DNA of 32,000 nucleotides from Erysipelotrichaceae bacterium MTC7 (GTDB lineage Bacteria; Bacillota_I; Bacilli_A; Erysipelotrichales; Erysipelotrichaceae), in contig LVZN01000001.1 in NCBI GenBank assembly GCA_001695645.1, forward strand, positions 30,001 to 62,000, given 5' to 3'. Under the pieces are notes generated by a model. That model was not told the DNA's origin. It did no database searches and saw nothing but the letters and a program-made list of their open reading frames with translations. Position 1 is the stretch's first letter; each line of letters opens with the position of its first letter. Both the position numbers and the translations under genes were made by a program. Of the stretch, positions 26,468 to 32,000 are shown piece by piece.

Positions 26468-27881
26468 TTGCAAGTGTTCCTGATTCAACGTTTGCTTCAC
26501 TTGGTATTTCTACATTTTCAGTTTTAGTCTGTTCTTTTTCATGTGATTCTTGAACATCTAAAGATAACTGTTGTAGACGTGCTCCTTTTAATTTATAGAA
26601 CTTACGGTAGATTGCTAAACTCAAAATAACAAAGATTATTGGGACAATACATGTTAACACACGAATTCCAGTAATTGCAGATGCTGATTGTTGTACATTT
26701 GGTACATAACCAACCAATGACAATCCAACTCCTGTTAATAATCCAGAAACTGCTTGTGCAAGTTTCATTAAAAATGTTTGTGCTGAACAAATAATACTTT
26801 CATTTCTTGTTCCAAATTTTAATTCCCCGTAATCAATACAATCGGCAATTGCAACTGTTGTAACCCCTAAAGATAAACCTGAACCAAATTTCAAAATAAG
26901 ACCTGACCCCATAACAAGTACTACATTATTTGGTGCATACATTCCAGAGATAAATAACAATATCATTCCAATAATTGGCATTCCACATGCCACAACATAG
27001 GTTTTTTCTCTTGATAATAATTGACTAACTTTTGGAAATAACATTAAACCTAACATTTCTGCAAAAATCGTAAAGAAGAATAACGAGAAGAATGTTTCAT
27101 TTCCTACCACATATTTAAAGTAGTAAATCATAAATCCATTCAAGATTTGAATTGCTAAGTTAAATGTTAACAACAAGCCAATAAACGCCAACAGTTGATC
27201 ATTTTTCGTAATGACTTGAATCATCTTTTTTAATGTAATCTTTGCTCCCTTTTCTTGGTTAAGTGTAGATTTTTCTGGAACATTGGTCACCGTAATTCCA
27301 ATTGTGATAATAAAGAAGATACTAATAAGAATTGAAATGATGAAGAATCCTGTTTGCTCATTTCCATTTCCTAGACTTTGAACCGCTTGTAATCCAAATG
27401 TTCCTACTAATAATCCTGCTAAACTTGCAAAGATTCTAGGAATCACGGATACTTTTTCACGTTCTTCAGGATCATTTGTTAAGTTAGGCAACCATGACCA
27501 ATATGGAACATCCATAATCGTGTATGTCATTCCAAACACAACATATGCAACTGCAATATAGATATACAAGTTGGTTCCAGTTAATCCAAAGTTAGTAAAC
27601 AACAAGATAAATGCCACCGCATTTAGTAATGTTCCAATCGTTAACCAAATTCGAAACTTTCCAAATCGAGTACGTGTGTTGTCAATAAACATCCCCATAA
27701 TCGGATCATTGATGGCATCCCAAATACGAGCACCAAAGAATAGTGATCCAACAAATGCTGGTGCTAAATATAATACATCTGTTAAGTAATACGATAAAAA
27801 GGTTCCCACAAAACATATAACTGCATCTTTCCCTAAGGCTCCTAGCCCAAAGGAATATTTTTGTCTAAAAGGTACTTTCAT
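26454..27881 (-). CDS. Glycoside-pentoside-hexuronide (GPH):cation symporter, MelB/RafP-like
   Basis: The N-terminal block YSFGLGALGKDAVICFVGTFLSYYLTDVLYL...RIWDAINDPIMGMFIDNTRTRFGKFR is typical of the GPH family. It has about 12 TMs and an acidic C-terminal tail. The ATG at 27881 lies 9 nt after AGGAGG. Confidence 0.85.
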   Translation of the reverse strand: MKVPFRQKYSFGLGALGKDAVICFVGTFLSYYLTDVLYLAPAFVGSLFFGARIWDAINDPIMGMFIDNTRTRFGKFRIWLTIGTLLNAVAFILLFTNFGLTGTNLYIYIAVAYVVFGMTYTIMDVPYWSWLPNLTNDPEEREKVSVIPRIFASLAGLLVGTFGLQAVQSLGNGNEQTGFFIISILISIFFIITIGITVTNVPEKSTLNQEKGAKITLKKMIQVITKNDQLLAFIGLLLTFNLAIQILNGFMIYYFKYVVGNETFFSLFFFTIFAEMLGLMLFPKVSQLLSREKTYVVACGMPIIGMILLFISGMYAPNNVVLVMGSGLILKFGSGLSLGVTTVAIADCIDYGELKFGTRNESIICSAQTFLMKLAQAVSGLLTGVGLSLVGYVPNVQQSASAITGIRVLTCIVPIIFVILSLAIYRKFYKLKGARLQQLSLDVQESHEKEQTKTENVEIPSEANVESGTLASESQ

Positions 27882-27934
27882 AATACATTTCCTCCTAATC
27901 AAGGTGCGCGCTTATCCTTACCTAAAGTATAGTA

Positions 27935-27963
27935 TTGTGAAAGCGATTACAGTAGAGTATAAT
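27935..27963 (+). promoter_or_regulatory. Candidate promoter of the AraC-family regulator gene
   Basis: TTGTGA (27935-27940), 17 nt spacer, TATAAT (27958-27963). The cre box lies in the spacer. Confidence 0.45.
27938..27951. promoter_or_regulatory. cre (CcpA catabolite-responsive element) in the symporter/regulator divergent region
   Basis: TGAAAGCGATTACA matches the TGWAANCGNTNWCA consensus at all defined positions. Confidence 0.6.
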
Positions 27964-27971
27964 GTTTTCAT

Positions 27972-27988
27972 AAACAGTCAAAATGTTA
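27972..27988. promoter_or_regulatory. Copy 1 of a shared 17-mer, AAACAGTCAAAATGTTA (candidate operator/activator site of the AraC regulator)
   Basis: It is identical to 31246-31262. It lies 91 nt upstream of the symporter ATG (minus strand) and just downstream of the regulator's candidate -10. Confidence 0.5.
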
Positions 27989-28013
27989 TATTTTGTGATA
28001 GAGGGATACGTGT

Positions 28014-28907
28014 ATGGAAAGAAGTTATGTAAAGACTTTTGGTTTTGATGAACACCGTGATTTGAATCTTTTGTTTGCAGGTAAAGCAGAATGTAGTCCA
28101 CTCCATAGTTATGGTCCTGCAGTTCGACCAAACTACATTTTTCATGTCATCACCAACGGAAAAGGTGTCTACTATTTAGAAAATCAACGCTTTGAATTAG
28201 AAAGCGGCATGGGATTTCTTATTCCCCCAGAAATACAAACCTTTTATCAAGCAGATAAAGACGATCCTTGGGAATACTATTGGATTGCTTTTTCTGGAAC
28301 ACTTGCAAGTACATACATGAAAGCATTGGGCTATGATATGTATCATCCTGTCTTTCATGTAGACCAAATAGAAAGTATTCAATCAATTATTGAAGAGATA
28401 TTATGCATAGATCAAATTCTCATTCAAGATGAGCTCATGTTAACATCACATTTATATCATTTGCTTTCAATTATTAAATTAAGTGATGATCACACAACCA
28501 TCGCAAAAGATCAAAGTGCGAATCCTTATATCCAAGATACTATTAATTACATCAAGGAAAACTATGCAACAAAGATTTCTATTAGTGAACTTGCAAACAG
28601 TTTATCCTTAAATAGAAGTTATCTTTCTTCATTATTTAAAAAAGAAATGAATGTAACTCTTCAACAATACATAACCGACTATCGTTTGACTCGAGCAAAG
28701 GAACTACTTAGTTTAAGTAATTTTACGATTGAAGAAATTGCCGAATATAGTGGATATCTTGATCCTTTAGTCTTTTCCAAAGCATTCAAAAGAAAAACAG
28801 GCGTTACACCAAGTATATATCGAAAACAAGAGTATGAAAAGCAACAGGAGTTTGCTAGAACTGGTGAATCCTTAATGCTCAATGAAGACGCAAAAATCAT
28901 GAAATAG
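28014..28907 (+). CDS. AraC-family transcriptional regulator (MsmR/RafR-like: N-terminal cupin sugar-binding domain plus C-terminal double HTH)
   Basis: The C-terminal HTH_AraC blocks are ISELANSLSLNRSYLSSLFKKEMN and IEEIAEYSGYLDPLVFSKAFKRKTGVTPSIYR. The N-terminal region is cupin-like (GKGVYYLENQRFELESGMGFLIPP). Confidence 0.9.
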   Translation: MERSYVKTFGFDEHRDLNLLFAGKAECSPLHSYGPAVRPNYIFHVITNGKGVYYLENQRFELESGMGFLIPPEIQTFYQADKDDPWEYYWIAFSGTLASTYMKALGYDMYHPVFHVDQIESIQSIIEEILCIDQILIQDELMLTSHLYHLLSIIKLSDDHTTIAKDQSANPYIQDTINYIKENYATKISISELANSLSLNRSYLSSLFKKEMNVTLQQYITDYRLTRAKELLSLSNFTIEEIAEYSGYLDPLVFSKAFKRKTGVTPSIYRKQEYEKQQEFARTGESLMLNEDAKIMK

Positions 28908-28950
28908 AAGAAATGACAACAGCCATCAACTTAGACTGTTGTCATTTCTT
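28908..28950. terminator. Bidirectional terminator between the convergent AraC regulator and alpha-galactosidase genes
   Basis: Perfect 15-bp stem AAGAAATGACAACAG / CTGTTGTCATTTCTT with a 13-nt loop and T-rich tails on both strands. Confidence 0.75.
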
Positions 28951-31169
28951 TATTTTGCTTGGAAAACCCAAACCTTAGAATCAAAATCATGTGATGTTGG
29001 ACGTCCATCAATCACCTGCCCACAAGAAGCATCACTACTAACAAACCCAATATTTTGTAGTTCATCCCCATAGTAAACTTGTTTACTTGAAATTTCTTCA
29101 TACATATATTGTTCATTCAACCCTTGTAAGTATGAACGTGTAAATGGTCCATTTACCTCATTTAATACTTTATAATATCCAACGATTGCAGTTTTCTGAT
29201 CTTGTGAAACCACCATCCAAGCAGTGTAATTTCCTTCAAATGGACTCATCAGTCGATAGAAGGTTCCTTGATGTATGATTTTTCGATATTGCTTCACAAA
29301 TGAAATTTGTTGTCTTACCATTTCGCGGTCATCTTTCGATAATTTCGTTGGATCTAATTCATACCCAAAAGAACCAAAGTAGGCAACATTTCCACGTGTA
29401 GAAATTGGTGTTTCCCTAAATACTTGTTCATTTGGACTCACTGATACATGCGCACCAATTGAACTAAGTGGATACACCATAGAAGTACCATATTGAATCT
29501 TTAAACGCTCAATTGCGTCTGAATCATCACTTGCCCAACCTTGTGGCGAGTAATAGATCATTCCTGGATCAAAACGTCCACCTCCTGATGCACAAAACTC
29601 AAATAAAATATCAGGAAATTCACTTGTAAGTCGTTCATACAAATCATAGACACCTAGTATATATCTATGGAACACTTCTCCTTGTCTCTCTGGTGGTAAA
29701 GATGATGTGTATGGTTCTGTAATACATCGATTCATATCCCACTTAATGTAAGAAACTTTTGATTCACGAAGAATTTTCGCCATCATTTCATATATAGCAT
29801 CAACTACTTGTTTTTGAGAGTAATCCAAAACATATTGATGACGACCATGTGAACAAGAACGATCTGGCGTTTGAATGATCCAATCCGGATGTTTGCGATA
29901 CAAATCACTGTCTTCATTTACCATTTCTGGTTCAAACCACAATCCAAATTTTAATCCTATTTCTTCGATACGATTTGCTAATCCATGTATTCCATTTGGT
30001 AATAGATCACCATTTGCTACCCAGTCACCTAAACCAGCACGCTCATGGCGACGACCACCAAACCAACCATCATCAAGAACAAACAATTCTACACCATCTT
30101 CATAAGCTTGCTTGGCAAAGGTAACAAGTAAGTCTTCAGTAAAGTTCATTCCAGTTGCTTCCCAATTATTGATTAAGACTGGACGTTCTTTATCTCTCCA
30201 CACACCTCTAGCTAATCGGGTGCGATATAGTGTATGAAATGCCTGACTCATGCCATTTAAGCCACTTTGACTATAGGCAATGACAACCTCCGGTGCTTGG
30301 AAACTTTCATTAGGCTCTAATAGCCAATCAAAGGTCATCGGATTAATTCCCATACTCACACGCGCAACATCGTAGGTATCTACTTCAACTTGTGCTAGAA
30401 AATTACCAGAATACACAAAACTAAATCCGATTACTTCTCCATTATGTTCTGTAGCATTTTCTCGTTTTAGTGCAAGAAATGGATTTTGATAGTGACTTGA
30501 TGATCCTCGATTACTTTCGATTGCTTGAATACCACTAGTTAACGGACGAAAGTGTGGTACCCTCTCACGACACCAGGCCCCTGATAACTGCAACATTTCA
30601 TATTTCATATCTGGTAAGTCCAATGACATACTCATCAATCGTTGCAAATGAAGCTTTTGTGTTCCCTCATTATGAACACGAACACTACGAGCGATGATTG
30701 GTAAATTTTCATAAATTGAATATGACAATACTACACGTAATTTTGTCACTGGATCTTTCAGTGTGATTTCTAATGTCTCTGCTTCATCATCGCTTTCAAC
30801 ATAAGTAGCAGGCAACCCTTTTAATGTTGGTTTTCCTTTTAGCACATTGTGACTTTCATAAACAAATGCACTAATCGTACTTCCATTTTCTTGTTGAACA
30901 GTTATGGCTGGTTGTCGAAAATCAGTAGATCCATAAACAGGAAACTCTTGCCGCAAATGCTCTCTAGAAAAGTCAACTTCTCCTTTATACACATATGCTG
31001 TATTTGGACGATATTCGTTTTCATGTAGATAGTCATAATGATCTCTAACATGTACTTTTTTCCCAAAGTATAAATTACCTAATGAACCATCTTTCATTAC
31101 TTCAAAAATGTAACTCATCTCACGATTTTGTAGGTGAAACACTTTTGTCTTTTCATTGATTACAATCAT
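28950..31169 (-). CDS. Alpha-galactosidase, glycoside hydrolase family 36
   Basis: 739 aa. The GH36 blocks are FVLDDGWFG, YIKWDMNR (nucleophile Asp region) and CASGGGRFDPG (acid/base Asp region). The SD AAGGAGG lies upstream. Confidence 0.95.
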   Translation of the reverse strand: MIVINEKTKVFHLQNREMSYIFEVMKDGSLGNLYFGKKVHVRDHYDYLHENEYRPNTAYVYKGEVDFSREHLRQEFPVYGSTDFRQPAITVQQENGSTISAFVYESHNVLKGKPTLKGLPATYVESDDEAETLEITLKDPVTKLRVVLSYSIYENLPIIARSVRVHNEGTQKLHLQRLMSMSLDLPDMKYEMLQLSGAWCRERVPHFRPLTSGIQAIESNRGSSSHYQNPFLALKRENATEHNGEVIGFSFVYSGNFLAQVEVDTYDVARVSMGINPMTFDWLLEPNESFQAPEVVIAYSQSGLNGMSQAFHTLYRTRLARGVWRDKERPVLINNWEATGMNFTEDLLVTFAKQAYEDGVELFVLDDGWFGGRRHERAGLGDWVANGDLLPNGIHGLANRIEEIGLKFGLWFEPEMVNEDSDLYRKHPDWIIQTPDRSCSHGRHQYVLDYSQKQVVDAIYEMMAKILRESKVSYIKWDMNRCITEPYTSSLPPERQGEVFHRYILGVYDLYERLTSEFPDILFEFCASGGGRFDPGMIYYSPQGWASDDSDAIERLKIQYGTSMVYPLSSIGAHVSVSPNEQVFRETPISTRGNVAYFGSFGYELDPTKLSKDDREMVRQQISFVKQYRKIIHQGTFYRLMSPFEGNYTAWMVVSQDQKTAIVGYYKVLNEVNGPFTRSYLQGLNEQYMYEEISSKQVYYGDELQNIGFVSSDASCGQVIDGRPTSHDFDSKVWVFQAK

Positions 31170-31201
31170 TATATAATGCCTCCTTGTAGCTATATGTTGA
31201 T

Positions 31202-31215
31202 TGTAATCCCTTTCA
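31202..31215. promoter_or_regulatory. cre-like box upstream of the alpha-galactosidase gene
   Basis: On the minus strand, TGAAAGGGATTACA matches 13 of 14 defined consensus positions (central CG becomes GG). It overlaps a candidate -10, TACAAT (31200-31205, minus). Confidence 0.4.
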
Positions 31216-31245
31216 TTTCTTTCGAAGAGTTAGCTTCGTTGTAAG

Positions 31246-31262
31246 AAACAGTCAAAATGTTA
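31246..31262. promoter_or_regulatory. Copy 2 of the shared 17-mer, AAACAGTCAAAATGTTA
   Basis: It is identical to 27972-27988 and in the same orientation. It lies 77 nt upstream of the alpha-galactosidase ATG (minus strand). Confidence 0.5.
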
Positions 31263-31369
31263 GTTGTTTGTGTAATCAATGCATAACAATTTTTCCATAG
31301 GAGTGAAATATTAATGACATAAAATGACAATGCTATGACAATTTCAAACATTGAGGGGAATGTGAGTTC

Positions 31370-32000
31370 ATGTTAGGGATGGTTATTACCAACATAACGA
31401 TGGCAGTTGAAGAACACGTACAAGCCTTTCACTCAAGAAAACTGAACGAACGATATACCGTTGTTTATGGAGACGCCACAATGATTAATGTCAGACGCGA
31501 TAGCGTTTCCAAAGAAGCGCTACATATATTAATTGGGATTACTCCTGAAGGTACTAAAGAGGTACTAGATTACCGACTATACCCTCAAGAATCAAGCGAA
31601 AACTATAAAGAAATGCTTGAAGACATTAAGCAACGTGGTACGCTAGAAATTCTTCTTTTCGTAACTGATGGTTTATCTGGACTAGCGAATGCTTGTTTAG
31701 ATGTTTACCCAAAAGCAAAACATCAAGCTTGCTGGGTGCATATTCAACGAAGTGTTTCTAGAAACGTTCGTGCCAAAGACATGAAAGAAGTTCTTGATGA
31801 TTTAAAACCGTATATAGAGCGAAAGATGAAGTTGAAGCACAAAATCATCTTGAAACGTTTAAAGATAAATACAAGAGTCGGTATCCAAAGGTGATTAAAT
31901 CACTAACGGATAATCCATCACTATTCAGTTTTTATGAATTCCCAGAAGCAATCAGAAGTAGTCTTTATACGACAAATCTCATTGAGGGGATGAATAAACA
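31370..32000 (+). pseudogene. IS256-family (Mutator-type) transposase relic: 5'-truncated and frameshifted; it continues past the right edge
   Basis: The translation matches the central IS256 transposase region (YGDATMINVRRD..., LLFVTDGLSGLANACLDVYPKAKHQACWVHIQRSV). At the A4 run at 31804-31807 the reading frame changes. The homologous sequence (KTVYRAKDEVEAQNHLETFKDKYKSRYPKV...LYTTNLIEGMNK) continues in another frame to the window end. The in-frame upstream stop at 31352 means about the first 100 aa are missing. Confidence 0.85.

Overview
This is a densely coding chromosomal segment from a low-GC Gram-positive bacterium. The proteins look Bacillota, possibly Erysipelotrichia- or Clostridia-like, but taxonomy cannot be verified here.

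Gene order, left to right:
- Housekeeping genes on the minus strand: the 5' part of rnr (RNase R), secG, an orphan small membrane ORF, and a monocistronic eno.
- A peptide-scavenging block. On the minus strand are an M3B PepF-like oligoendopeptidase and oppA-B-C-D-F, plus a tiny membrane ORF overlapping the oppF stop. On the plus strand are an M32 carboxypeptidase, an S9 serine peptidase and a C69 dipeptidase.
- A visibly more AT-rich accessory cassette on the minus strand. It has its own promoter and encodes an ABC ATPase, two translationally coupled ABC-2-type permeases with large hydrophilic inserts, and an XRE-HTH regulator with a long helical-repeat (RNPP/TPR-like) domain.
- tpiA and pgk (minus strand).
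- A divergent gene for a K/Q-rich disordered region fused to a cysteine-less Tpx-like domain, followed by a convergent superoxide reductase.
- An alpha-galactoside locus: a YczE-like membrane protein, a GPH symporter, an AraC regulator and a GH36 alpha-galactosidase. It carries cre boxes and an identical 17-mer in both control regions.
- A 5'-truncated, frameshifted IS256-family transposase relic at the right edge.

I saw no rRNA, tRNA, CRISPR array, prophage or recognisable defence genes. The least explained parts are the regulator/ABC-2 cassette and the K/Q-rich pseudo-peroxiredoxin. Everything else is ordinary metabolism with some notable organisation. All homology calls come from reading motifs by eye and from memory; no searches were run.
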